A DNA stretch of 64,000 bases, taken from the NCBI GenBank assembly GCA_963770565.1, contig CAVYQE010000007.1:67979-131978 (forward strand). Direction: 5' to 3'. Origin of the DNA: an uncultured Actinomycetota bacterium (GTDB lineage Bacteria; Actinomycetota; Actinomycetes; JAFAQI01). The position numbers and the translations under genes are program-made. Position 1 is the stretch's first letter, and every line of letters begins with the position of its first letter. Shown one piece after another: positions 38,576 to 48,170 of the stretch. Under the pieces are notes generated by a model. The model was not told the origin of the DNA. It was given only the letters and a program-made list of their open reading frames with translations, and did no database searches.

Positions 38576-39149
38576 TCAGTCGCCGTTTCGGGATCGCCAC
38601 CACGCCGGGCGGGATCGGCGGCAAGCCGGCCGCCAGGCAGAGCACCTCACCGAACGCGACCAGATGCGGACCGAGATCGCCATCGGGTGACCACGAGGCG
38701 CGGATCTCGACGTCCGAGGCGATCGGCTGGTCGGTCAGGGCGCCGAAGCGCTCGGAGGTCGTCCGGGTGACCGTCCCGCCTTCCGCGGTGTAGACCGCGC
38801 CGGCCGCCTCGAGCGCTTCGATCAGCCAGCTCCAGCCCACGCCCGCGAGCATCGGGTCGTTCGCGATCTCCGGGTCGACGGCGGCCTGCACATAGGCGAC
38901 GCAGCGGGTGTCGCCGGCCCAAACCTCCTGGCCGTCCGGGTCGTGGAGCACGACCAGCCGGCCCTCGGCCAGCTCCTCGTCGCCGGACATCGCGGCGGCG
39001 TGCAGGGCCACGGCGTACGGCGCCAACCGCTGCGGCGCGGGCAGCTCGTGGATCACGATCTCGGGTCGGAGCTCAACGCTGGTAAGGCCGGCCAGCGCCG
39101 CGCGGAATGCGGGCGGTAGGTCGGCCGGCGCGGACAGCTCCACCGACAC
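38559..39149 (-). CDS. DUF3000 family protein
   Basis: PAPQRLAPY, GRLVVLHDPDGQEVW, VGWSWL, GTVT, EIRASWSP. Confidence 0.9.
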   Translation of the reverse strand: MSVELSAPADLPPAFRAALAGLTSVELRPEIVIHELPAPQRLAPYAVALHAAAMSGDEELAEGRLVVLHDPDGQEVWAGDTRCVAYVQAAVDPEIANDPMLAGVGWSWLIEALEAAGAVYTAEGGTVTRTTSERFGALTDQPIASDVEIRASWSPDGDLGPHLVAFGEVLCLAAGLPPIPPGVVAIPKRRLIRRAH

Positions 39150-39245
39150 CCGGTCACTGTAAGCGCCCGGATCGCGGTGATCACCACGACACGCGACCCT
39201 CGCGGCAGACGTTCACTTGGTGCCGCGGCATTAGCCTGACCCGTT

Positions 39246-40100
39246 GTGGCCACGGTCCTGGCGTTGCTCTCCAGCGCGCTGTGGGGGACCGCGGACTTCC
39301 TCGGTGGGACCGCCTCGCGGCGCCTTCCGCTGGTCGCTGTGGTGGCGATCAGCGAGACCTTCGGCCTCTGCGGGTTGCTGGTCGCGGCCGCCGCGACAGG
39401 TGCCTTCGGCGCACCGGACGGGTACGTGGTCTGGGCGCTGCTCGGCGCGGTCGCGGGGACCGGCGGGCTGCTCGCCTTCTACGAGGCGCTCGCCACCGGC
39501 AAGATGGGCGTCGTCGCCCCGATCGCGGCGCTGGGCGTCGCGGTGCCGGTCCTGGTCGGGATCGGGCAGGGCGACCGGCCCAACCTGCTGCAGGGGGCCG
39601 GGGTCGTCGTCGCCGTACTCGGGGTGGTCCTGGCGAGCGGTCCGGAGCTCCGCTCGGACGGCGCCGCCGGCACCCGGGCCGCCCGGCCGCTGGTGCTCGC
39701 GGTCATCGCCGCGATCGGCTTCGGCGGGGTGTTCGTCACGATCGCCCATGGCGCCGAGACCAGCACCTTGATGACGCTGGTCGTGATGCGAGCCACCTGC
39801 ATCGTGTTCCTGTTCGGCTTCGGTCTGCTGACCGGGCGCGAGAAGCTGGCGGTCGGGATCCGCGACCTGCCGATGCTTGCCACCATCGGTGGGTTCGACG
39901 TCACTGCCAACGTCGCGTTCGGCTACGCCAGCCAGCACGGGCTCCTCTCGCTCGTCGCGGTCCTCTCGTCGCTCTACCCGGCCGTGACCGTGGTGCTGGC
40001 CCGCACCGTGCACGCGGAGCGGCTCAAGCGGGTGCAGCTGACCGGAGTCGTCGCCGCGCTTGCCGGGGTGGCATTGCTCGCCGCCGCCGGGGCCGGCTGA
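39246..40100 (+). CDS. DMT/EamA family transporter
   Basis: WGTADFLGG, about 10 TMs, LSSLYP...ERL. Confidence 0.88.
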   Translation: MATVLALLSSALWGTADFLGGTASRRLPLVAVVAISETFGLCGLLVAAAATGAFGAPDGYVVWALLGAVAGTGGLLAFYEALATGKMGVVAPIAALGVAVPVLVGIGQGDRPNLLQGAGVVVAVLGVVLASGPELRSDGAAGTRAARPLVLAVIAAIGFGGVFVTIAHGAETSTLMTLVVMRATCIVFLFGFGLLTGREKLAVGIRDLPMLATIGGFDVTANVAFGYASQHGLLSLVAVLSSLYPAVTVVLARTVHAERLKRVQLTGVVAALAGVALLAAAGAG

Positions 40101-40131
40101 GTGGGCGCGGGCCGCGTGACACGATCGAGGA

Positions 40132-41191
40132 ATGCCCGACCTCGCTGACAGTGCGTTCCTGCGTGCCTGCCGTGGCGAGCCGGGCCCGCACACCCCGGTG
40201 TGGTTCATGCGGCAGGCCGGGCGCTCGCTGCCGGAGTATCGCAAGGTCCGCGAGGGTGTCGGGATGCTCGAGTCGTGCCTGCGGCCCGACCTCGTGGTGG
40301 AGATCACCATGCAACCGGTCCGCCGGTATGGCGTGGACGCCGCGATCCTCTTCAGCGACATCGTGTTGCCGGTCAGGGCGGCCGGCGTCGATCTCGACAT
40401 CCAGCCCGGCGTCGGCCCAGTGGTCGCCGAGCCGATCCGCACCGCCGCCGACGTCGAGCGGATCGCGCCGCTCGACCCCGACACCGTCTCGCCGGTCGCC
40501 GACGCCGTGCACAACCTGGTGGCCGAGCTGGGTGGCACCCCGCTGATCGGGTTCGCCGGCGCCCCGTTCACGCTCGCGTCGTACCTGGTCGAGGGCGGGC
40601 CGAGTCGTGATCACGCCCGCACGAAGGCGCTGATGTACGGCGACGAAGCCACCTGGCATGCGCTCGCCGGCCGGCTCGCCGACATCGCGGCGGCCTACCT
40701 CCGGGTGCAGATCGATGCCGGCGTTGCGGCGGTCCAGCTGTTCGACTCGTGGGCCGGCGCGTTGTCGGCAGCCGACTACGAGCGCTACGTGCTTCCGCAC
40801 AGCCGTCGGGTGCTCGACTCGGTGGCCGATGTGCCACGGATCCACTTCGGGGTCGACACCGGCGAGCTGCTCGGCGCTGATGGCGGGGGCCGGCACCGAG
40901 GTGGTCGGCGTCGACTGGCGGGTGCCGCTCGACGTGGCAGCGCAGCGGGTCGGGCCGGGTGTCGCGCTGCAGGGCAACCTCGACCCGGCCACCGTCTTCG
41001 CGCCGTGGCCCGTGGTGGCCGAACGCGCACGTGCGGTGCTGCGCAGCGGCCGGTCCGCGGCCGGGCACATCTTCAACCTCGGTCACGGCGTGCTGCCCGA
41101 GACCGATCCCGACGTGCTGATGCGGCTGGTCGAGCTGGTCCACGAGGACTCCGCGAGCTACCCGGTCGGCGAGGACTCGGCCTCCGCGTGA
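40132..41191 (+). CDS. hemE: Uroporphyrinogen decarboxylase; apparent +1 frameshift near 40873
   Basis: [27 protein letters not shown]; after the shift QGNLDP and IFNLGHG. Confidence 0.93.
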
Positions 41192-42578
41192 GCCGGGTTG
41201 TGGTCGTGGGCGCCGGTATCGCCGGTCTCGCGGCCGCGCACGCCCTCGCCGGCGACGGAGCCGACGTCACCGTCGTCGAGGCGACCGACGTGGTCGGCGG
41301 CAAGCTGCGGATTTCCGAGGTCGCCGGCGTGCTCGGTCGACGAGGGCGCCGAGATGTTCCTGCGCCGGGTGCCGGAGGCGCTCGACCTGGTCGACGCGCT
41401 CGGCCGGTCCGGCGAGCTGGTGTCTCCGCGTACGACGACCGCGAGCGTGTGGGCCCGCGGCGCGTTGCGCCCGATGCCGCCGCGCACGGTGATGGGCGTG
41501 CCGAGCGACCCGGCGGCGCTGCGCGGGGTGCTGTCCGGCGCGGAGGTGGCCCGCGTCGAGCTGGACCGCGTGCCTGCCCGGCCGCCACCGGCCGCGGCTC
41601 CCGACGGTGACGTCTCGGTTGGTGCGTGGGTCGGTCGGCGAGTCGGCCGGGCGGTCGTCGAGCGGCTGGTCGACCCGCTGCTCGGCGGGGTCTACGCCGG
41701 GCGGGCCGACGAGCTGTCGCTGGCCGCGACGATCCCGCAGCTGCCGCGCGACGAGCGGTCGGTGCTGGCCGCGGCGCGGCGGATCGTGCCGGCCTCCGCT
41801 CCGAGCGAGCCGGTCTTCGCGACCGTGACCGGCGGGATGGGCTCGCTGCCGAGCAGCGTGGCCGGCGGCGATTCGCGCGCGCGGCGGCGTGGTCACGACC
41901 GGACGAGCGGTGCGCCGGCTCGAGCGGGTCGAACGCGGCTGGCGGATCGTGCATGGCGCGACCACGGACGAGCAGTCGATCGACGCGGACGCGGTGGTGC
42001 TGGCGGTGCCGGCCGCACCCGCTGCGCGCCTGCTTGCCGACATCTCGCCCTCGGGCGCGGGCGAGCTGGCCTCGATCGACGCCGCCAGCATGGCGATCAT
42101 CACCACTGCGTGGCGGCCGGCCGACGTCCCGGAGCTCGACACCAGCGGCTACCTGGTGCCGGCCGTCTACGGCCGCACGGTGAAGGCGGTGACCTTCACG
42201 TCCTCGAAGTGGCGGCACTTGGCCGGTGCGGACGCGGTGATCGTGCGGTCCTCGATCGGGCGGCAGGGCGACGTCGCCGACCTGCAGCGCGACGATGCCG
42301 AGCTGGTCGAAGCGGCGGCCGCGGAGCTCACGACGTACGCCGGGTTTGCGGGTATGCCGATCGATGCCCGGGTCAGTCGCTGGGGTGGCGGGTTGCCGCA
42401 GTACGCGGTCGGTCACGTCGCGCGGGTGGCCCGGATCCGCTCGGCGGTTGCCGCGGTGCCCGGCCTCGCGGTGTGCGGCGCGACGTACGACGGTGTCGGC
42501 GTGCCGGCCTGCATCCGGACCGGTCGAGCCGCCGCTGAGCAGGTGCTGGCGAGCCTCAGGAGCCGCGAAGACCGGTGA
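41188..42578 (+). CDS. hemY: Coproporphyrinogen/protoporphyrinogen oxidase HemY; apparent +1 frameshifts near 41332 and 41864
   Basis: [40 protein letters not shown] and GVGVPAC, spread over successive frames. Confidence 0.9.
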
Positions 42579-43956
42579 CGCCGTTGAGGGTCGGCACGAA
42601 GATTCGCTTGCCGTCGACCACCTCGGACGGGAAGTGGGTGAACGAGCCGACGTTGATCGAGGTGACCTCGTGTCCGGTGGCCAGCGAGAGGACGACCAGG
42701 TTGCCGGAGTTGGCGTCCGCGACGTAGACCCGCTTGCCGGACACCACCGGCGAGCCGTAGACCCCGGAGTTCCAGTTCCAGTGCAGCGAGTGCGGACCGA
42801 CCGACAGCTCTCGTACGCCCCCGTGGCACGGCATCAGGACGAGGTGCCCGTCATGCGCCGCACCTCCGAAGGCGCCGCCGCTGCATCCCGGCAGGTTGCG
42901 GACCGCGTGCCCGACGCCGCCCAGGCTGGTTCGCAGCAGGTAGACGTTGCCGCGCTTGCCGGAGATCACCATCCGGCCGGCCACCGGCACCGGCGACGAG
43001 GACCCGAGGTCCAGGTCGTCGATGTTGTCCTGCTTCCACACCGACGGCGCGAACACCGCGACCCGATGCAGTGACACCGGCTTCAGCTCGGTGACCGAGT
43101 CGCTCTTGTCCCACCTGCCGCTCTCCTCGGCGCCGTTGCCGCTGGCGACGTAGATGTTGCCGTTGGTGCCGACCACCGCCCCGGCCGGCGACCACATGCC
43201 GGCCTCGCGCGCGGTCGGAACCGCGTAGTGCGTGGTCTTGCCCTTGCCGGTGGTCGAGGTGGAGGTGATGTAGCCGTCGTAGTTGCCGCAGTCGCCGGCC
43301 AGCCCGCCGTACTGGGTGAAGACCCGGCCGTCGCTGACCAGGAGCGCGGAGCGTTCCTGCTCGGCCCGGCGGTCACGGCTCGGCAGCACGTCTGTCGTCT
43401 TGTGCCAGCGCCGATGACCGTTCGCGGCGTTGAGCGCCCACAGCGTGTGGTGCCCGCCGAGGGTCTCCGCGACGACGAAGACCGAACCGGTCTTCGCGTC
43501 GTACGCCGGGGTGCCGGTGATGCCGAGCGGGAAGATGTCGCCACAGCCCGGCTGGTCGCCCTGGATGTCGGACTGCGACTCCGGGGTGGCCAGGTGAGTC
43601 CGCCATTTGGTGTGGCCGGTCGCCGGGCTGAGCGCGTAGACCGAGTCGTTCTCGGTCGCGACGATCAGCGCACCGTTGACCACGAGTGGCTCGCCGTAGA
43701 CCGCGCCGTCAAGGTTGGCGGTCCAGGAGTGGTGCAAGGGCAGCGAGATCGACGCCGCCGCGACGCCCGAGCGACCGTTGGTTCGGTGGTACGTCGGCCA
43801 GTTCGAAAGTTGGCTCTTGCCGCTCTCCTGGACCGGAGCGGCTCCGGCCGCGATCGCCCCGGCCGGGCTGCTGGAGTGGCCGCCCGAGGCGCAGCCGGCG
43901 GAGAGGAGGACGGGCAGAGCGACTATGGCAGCGGTAACGGTTATGAGGCGGTGCAT
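42556..43956 (-). CDS. PQQ-binding-like beta-propeller lipoprotein
   Basis: Lipobox LSAGC; WPTYH; ALSPATGHTKW and ALNAANGHRRW repeats; DLDLGSSSP. Confidence 0.8.
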   Translation of the reverse strand: MHRLITVTAAIVALPVLLSAGCASGGHSSSPAGAIAAGAAPVQESGKSQLSNWPTYHRTNGRSGVAAASISLPLHHSWTANLDGAVYGEPLVVNGALIVATENDSVYALSPATGHTKWRTHLATPESQSDIQGDQPGCGDIFPLGITGTPAYDAKTGSVFVVAETLGGHHTLWALNAANGHRRWHKTTDVLPSRDRRAEQERSALLVSDGRVFTQYGGLAGDCGNYDGYITSTSTTGKGKTTHYAVPTAREAGMWSPAGAVVGTNGNIYVASGNGAEESGRWDKSDSVTELKPVSLHRVAVFAPSVWKQDNIDDLDLGSSSPVPVAGRMVISGKRGNVYLLRTSLGGVGHAVRNLPGCSGGAFGGAAHDGHLVLMPCHGGVRELSVGPHSLHWNWNSGVYGSPVVSGKRVYVADANSGNLVVLSLATGHEVTSINVGSFTHFPSEVVDGKRIFVPTLNGVTGLRGS

Positions 43957-43991
43957 AAGGACAGTGTCCCCGTCCGGAGGACAATGGATGC

Positions 43992-44699
43992 ATGGCTCAG
44001 GGTGAATCTGCCGGGAAGCGGGCGCGCGCGCTCAACGACACGATCAGCTACGTGATGTGGGCGGTGTTCAAGGTGCGCACCGGGCTGCCCGCCGACGGCC
44101 GCGACGCCGTGGCCGCCGAGCTCGCCCAGCTCGTCGACCAGCTCGGCGAGAAGGGCGTCGTGACCCGCGGCCTCTATGACGTCGCCGGCTTCCGGGCCGA
44201 CGCCGACTTCATGATCTGGTGGGTCGCGCCGACCTCGGACGACCTACAGGAGGCCTGGTCGCGGTTCCGCCAGACCGGGCTCGGCCGCGCCTGCGAGCCG
44301 GTCTGGTCGGCGATGGCATTGCACCGGCCGGCCGAGTTCAACAAGAGCCACGTCCCGGCGTACCTCGCCGGCGAGGATCCGAAGCGATACGTCAGTGTCT
44401 ACCCGTTCAACCGGTCATACGAGTGGTATCTGCTGCCCGACGAGGAACGCCGCTCGATGCTTTCCGAGCACGGCGTGATGGCGCGGGACTACGCCGACGT
44501 GCGCGCCAACACTGTCGCCGCGTTCGCGCTCGGCGACTACGAGTGGATGTTGGCGTTCGAGGCCGACGAGCTGTACCGGATCGTCGACCTCATGCGGCAC
44601 CTGCGGGGCGCGACCGCACGCCGGCACACCCGGCTGGAGATCCCGTTCTACACCGGTGCGCGCAAGGCCCCGGCCGACCTGGTGGCTGCGCTGCCCTGA
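43992..44699 (+). CDS. hemQ: Coproheme decarboxylase (chlorite dismutase family)
   Basis: [38 protein letters not shown]. Confidence 0.93.
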   Translation: MAQGESAGKRARALNDTISYVMWAVFKVRTGLPADGRDAVAAELAQLVDQLGEKGVVTRGLYDVAGFRADADFMIWWVAPTSDDLQEAWSRFRQTGLGRACEPVWSAMALHRPAEFNKSHVPAYLAGEDPKRYVSVYPFNRSYEWYLLPDEERRSMLSEHGVMARDYADVRANTVAAFALGDYEWMLAFEADELYRIVDLMRHLRGATARRHTRLEIPFYTGARKAPADLVAALP

Positions 44700-44720
44700 C
44701 CAGACCGGCCGGCGCGCGGC

Positions 44721-45131
44721 TTAGCGGAGCGCCGCGATCGCCTCGACCTCGACCAGCTGGTCGGTGTAGCCGAGGACGGCGACGCCGAGCAGGGTGCTCG
44801 GCACGTCGTGCGCACCGAATGCCGCGCTGACCACGTTCCAGGCCGCGACCAGGTCCTCCTGGCGGTCGGTCGCGACATACACGGTGGTCTTCACCACGTC
44901 GGTCAGCTCCGCGCCGGCCGCCCGCAGCGCGGTGACCAGGTTAGCCATCACCTGCTCGGCCTGGCGGACGACATCGCCTGGCGCGACCGTTCGGCCGTCC
45001 TCGTCGAGTGGGCAGGCGCCGGCGGCGAAGACCAGCCGGGAGACGTCGTGCGCGACCGCGGCGTAGGCGTACGGCGCCTGATCGGTGAGCGCCGCGGTGC
45101 GGATCAGCTCGACATGCGAAGGTGGGGTCAC
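44721..45131 (-). CDS. RidA/YjgF family protein
   Basis: AGACPLD, DVVKTTVYV, STLLGVAVL...LVEVEAIA. Confidence 0.88.
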   Translation of the reverse strand: MTPPSHVELIRTAALTDQAPYAYAAVAHDVSRLVFAAGACPLDEDGRTVAPGDVVRQAEQVMANLVTALRAAGAELTDVVKTTVYVATDRQEDLVAAWNVVSAAFGAHDVPSTLLGVAVLGYTDQLVEVEAIAALR

Positions 45132-45224
45132 GACCCCAGCCTGACACGAGGCTGCGCTCGGGTGGAACCGATTTGGGCCACCCCTGCGTCCAACCACCGT
45201 CACTGCCGTCTGGAGGAGAAGCCG

Positions 45225-45692
45225 ATGAACGATCGTCGTACGACGACCCGCCGGGTCGGACAACTCGTGGTCGCCGGTGTGGCGCTCGCGTCCGTCTTCC
45301 TCGGGCTGGCAGCGAGCGGGGGAGTTGCCGCTGCGTCCGCGGCCGCCAAGCCGAAACCGCACATCGTCGCGACGCCGAACAACGTCATGGTCAACTCGAC
45401 CGTGAAGCTGGTCGGCACGCACTTCCCGGCCAACTCCACGATCGTGCTTAGGGAGTGTGGCAAGTCGCTGTGGATCGCGCCGCAGAACCCCTGTGACAAG
45501 AAGAAGATCACCGTCAACACGAACAAGCACGGCCGGTTCACCAGCTCGATCAGCATGAGCCTGTGCCCACGCAGCCCCTGGCCCGGGCATCCGGTGACCG
45601 AACTGCGTTGCTACATCGGCGAGCCGAAGCCGACCGGCGTCGACGTCATCGAGCTCCTCGGCCACGTGCGGGTCATCGTCACCTACCCCTGA
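45225..45692 (+). CDS. Secreted small beta-rich protein (four Cys; neocarzinostatin apoprotein-like layout)
   Basis: GGAG RBS, signal peptide, VATP...GTHFPAN...EC...C...GRF...C...C. Confidence 0.7.
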   Translation: MNDRRTTTRRVGQLVVAGVALASVFLGLAASGGVAAASAAAKPKPHIVATPNNVMVNSTVKLVGTHFPANSTIVLRECGKSLWIAPQNPCDKKKITVNTNKHGRFTSSISMSLCPRSPWPGHPVTELRCYIGEPKPTGVDVIELLGHVRVIVTYP

Positions 45693-45707
45693 TCCCTCGC
45701 CGGTTGC

Positions 45708-46775
45708 TCAACCGGTGGTGACGACCGAACCCTTGGTCTGGGCCGCGCCGATGGCGGCGAACAGCCCGGTCGTGGGTTGGGCGACGCCCTCGAGTCCGTC
45801 GCTCGCGCCGGCGACCTGGGTCGAGGTGACCGCGCCGTTGGTCATCGACACAACCACGCCGACGAACGCGTCGGTCTGCGGATAGCTCGGCGGCGGCAGC
45901 TCTTCACCGACCGCAGTGCAGACGTTGAGGTGACAGGCAATCGCGAACAGGTCGGCCTGCGCCGGCGCCACGCTGACCACCTTGGTGTTGGTCAGCGTGG
46001 CGATGAATCCGCCGGTCTGCGAGTAGCCGACGACGAAGCAGCGGGTGGCCGTCGTACACGCGACACCGGCGAGGCTCCGATTGGGCACCTTGGTGATCGC
46101 CCCGGGCTGTCCGTGGTGGACCGGTACGACGACGCCGGTGGTCTTCGCGACGTCGAGGGCGTAGCCGACGACCAGGCAGCTCGACCCGTGGCATCCGACG
46201 CCCTGGATCGACATCGTGCTTCCCTTCAGCCCGTGCACCTTGTGCACCGTCAGCTGGTGGCCGTTCCACGTCGCGACCGCGATCGACGCAGGCTTCGTGA
46301 ATACGTCGTTGCCCACGACCTCGCAATTGGTCAGCGTGATGCACGCGATCCGGCTGAGGCTCACTCCGGTTGGCGCCTTTGGCCGGGCGATGCGGGTCGG
46401 GCTGCCGTTCTTGCCGATCGTCACGATGGTCGGGCCGCCGGCCTTGTTGGACTGGCCGACCGCGACGCACCCCTTCGCAGCCACGCAGCTGACGCTGAAG
46501 AGCGCGGCCGAACCCGGCACCACCGACACATGGCCGGGCACGCCGTTGTTCAGTGCGACGACGTCGGCCTTGCTCGCGTTGTTGTAACCGACCGCCACGC
46601 ACAGCTGCTTGCTCACGCAGGAGATGTCGGACTGGATTCCGGCCACGTGGTGAGTGGTCAGGCCGGCTGCGGCTGCGGTGGCCTGGCCGAGCGCAACTGT
46701 GCTCAGACCGATTGCGACCGAGCCGGCGAGGGTTGCGGCGCGGCGTACGGCGGACTTTGCAATCACCCCTCGCAT
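45708..46775 (-). CDS. Secreted Cys-repeat protein (probable beta-propeller)
   Basis: Signal peptide; six C-x4/5-C-x2-VG repeats. Confidence 0.75.
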   Translation of the reverse strand: MRGVIAKSAVRRAATLAGSVAIGLSTVALGQATAAAAGLTTHHVAGIQSDISCVSKQLCVAVGYNNASKADVVALNNGVPGHVSVVPGSAALFSVSCVAAKGCVAVGQSNKAGGPTIVTIGKNGSPTRIARPKAPTGVSLSRIACITLTNCEVVGNDVFTKPASIAVATWNGHQLTVHKVHGLKGSTMSIQGVGCHGSSCLVVGYALDVAKTTGVVVPVHHGQPGAITKVPNRSLAGVACTTATRCFVVGYSQTGGFIATLTNTKVVSVAPAQADLFAIACHLNVCTAVGEELPPPSYPQTDAFVGVVVSMTNGAVTSTQVAGASDGLEGVAQPTTGLFAAIGAAQTKGSVVTTG

Positions 46776-46776
46776 G

Positions 46777-47331
46777 CTAACGATCGCCGATGCGGCGCCG
46801 CATGCAAACGCGAGGCCATGCATCGAGCCCCAGCGCGGCCTCGTGCCGGCGAATCGCGGCGAGGCCGGGCGTCACCTCATCGTCGGGTATGGCGGTGAAG
46901 CCGAGCAGCTCGTAGTACGGGCCATTCCACGGGACGTCGCGGTAGGTGGTGAGGGTCAGCTGGACGTACCCGCGTTGGAACGCGACCGAGGCGGCGTGGT
47001 CGATGAGTGCGCGGCCGTGTTGCTGGTGCGCATGGTCGGGGTGGACCGACACCTGCTCGATGTGCGCAGTGCCGTCGACGGTATCGATCAGGATGAAGGC
47101 GATCGCGTCGTCGCCGTCATCGGTGACCACCCACGCGCGCTCGGTGTCGATGTACGGCAAGAGCTCCTCGTCGGTGGGGAGCTCGCCGTCAGCGACCAGC
47201 TGCATGCCGATCTCGCCGAACATCGCACCCGCGGCCGCCTCGATCGTTCGGATCACGGGCATGTCGGTTGCTCGCGCGAATCTGATCAGACCCCAGTGTG
47301 ACGACTCCGGCATCGGGAGATCGTCCCGCAT
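46777..47331 (-). CDS. GNAT family N-acetyltransferase
   Basis: HIEQVSVHPDH...GRAL, TLTTYRDVPWNGPYY..LGF. Start could be 47313. Confidence 0.88.
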   Translation of the reverse strand: MRDDLPMPESSHWGLIRFARATDMPVIRTIEAAAGAMFGEIGMQLVADGELPTDEELLPYIDTERAWVVTDDGDDAIAFILIDTVDGTAHIEQVSVHPDHAHQQHGRALIDHAASVAFQRGYVQLTLTTYRDVPWNGPYYELLGFTAIPDDEVTPGLAAIRRHEAALGLDAWPRVCMRRRIGDR

Positions 47332-47335
47332 CGGG

Positions 47336-48133
47336 TCAGCCGCAGTTGTGACCGGCATCGACCTGCCAGGTGCGGTCCGATCCGCGTACGACGTGCAGCG
47401 TGCTGTGGCTCGCGGCCAGCGCGGCGGTTGTCGGTGAGCGCCTGACCACGAGCCAGCCGCTTGCAGGGACCGAGACGGCGCCGTGTGCTGCAAACCAGTT
47501 TGCCGCCGCGACCGGCGAACGCTCGCCGTTGCGGCCCGAGACGAGTGACAGCGCGAAGTGGGCGTGGCACGACGGCGTGGGCCGGCCCGGTGCCGCCGTG
47601 GCGTTCACCCGTTGGGCGAAGATCGTCGCCTGCGACGGGTAGCCCATCACCTTGGCGAAGTCGCGCTCGATCGGTGTGGTCGTCAATGCGGCCGGCCCGG
47701 CGAGCATGGTGCTGACGCGATGACCGGAGACGGTGAGATCCAACATCTGGCACCCGCTGGCCGACCATTCGAAGCTCGCGACAGGTACGCCGTCCGCCTC
47801 GAACGTGCCGGTGTAGTTCAGACCGAAGTCCTCCGGGCAGCTGATCGCGCCGGTCGGGTGGACCTGAATGATTTCGGTCCGGCAGAAGTCATCGAAGAGG
47901 TCGCGGGCCAGCGGCCCTTGTCGCTGGGCGCGCCAGGCACCGCGGAGCAGGTTGCGGTCGCTCGTGATGCTCAGCGTTCGCGTGACCGTAACCCCGTTCG
48001 GGGCCGGCACTTTGCCGCACTCCGACCAGCGGCCGTCCGCCCCCGCAGTCACCACGCCGGACCCGCAGCCGGCGATCAGCGCCGCCACGAGCGCCGCGAC
48101 AACGACGAGCGGGCCGATCCGGCGTACCTGCAT
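47336..48133 (-). CDS. Hypothetical lipoprotein
   Basis: Lipobox IAGC after a hydrophobic stretch; several Cys pairs. Confidence 0.65.
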   Translation of the reverse strand: MQVRRIGPLVVVAALVAALIAGCGSGVVTAGADGRWSECGKVPAPNGVTVTRTLSITSDRNLLRGAWRAQRQGPLARDLFDDFCRTEIIQVHPTGAISCPEDFGLNYTGTFEADGVPVASFEWSASGCQMLDLTVSGHRVSTMLAGPAALTTTPIERDFAKVMGYPSQATIFAQRVNATAAPGRPTPSCHAHFALSLVSGRNGERSPVAAANWFAAHGAVSVPASGWLVVRRSPTTAALAASHSTLHVVRGSDRTWQVDAGHNCG

Positions 48134-48170
48134 GCCGGTTGGACGCGCCGCGCGCCCCTAGCGTTCCTGG

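Noticed and set aside
27239-42578. Frameshifts in dxs (~28965), the trypsin-like protease (~29552), the secreted protein (~29995-30032), hemE (~40873) and hemY (~41332, ~41864), read as pseudogenisation or programmed frameshifting
   Set aside because: They are mostly single extra bases, clustered in two short stretches. They hit apparently essential genes that show no other decay and have no slippery motifs. Long-read consensus error is the simplest explanation; read mapping would settle it.
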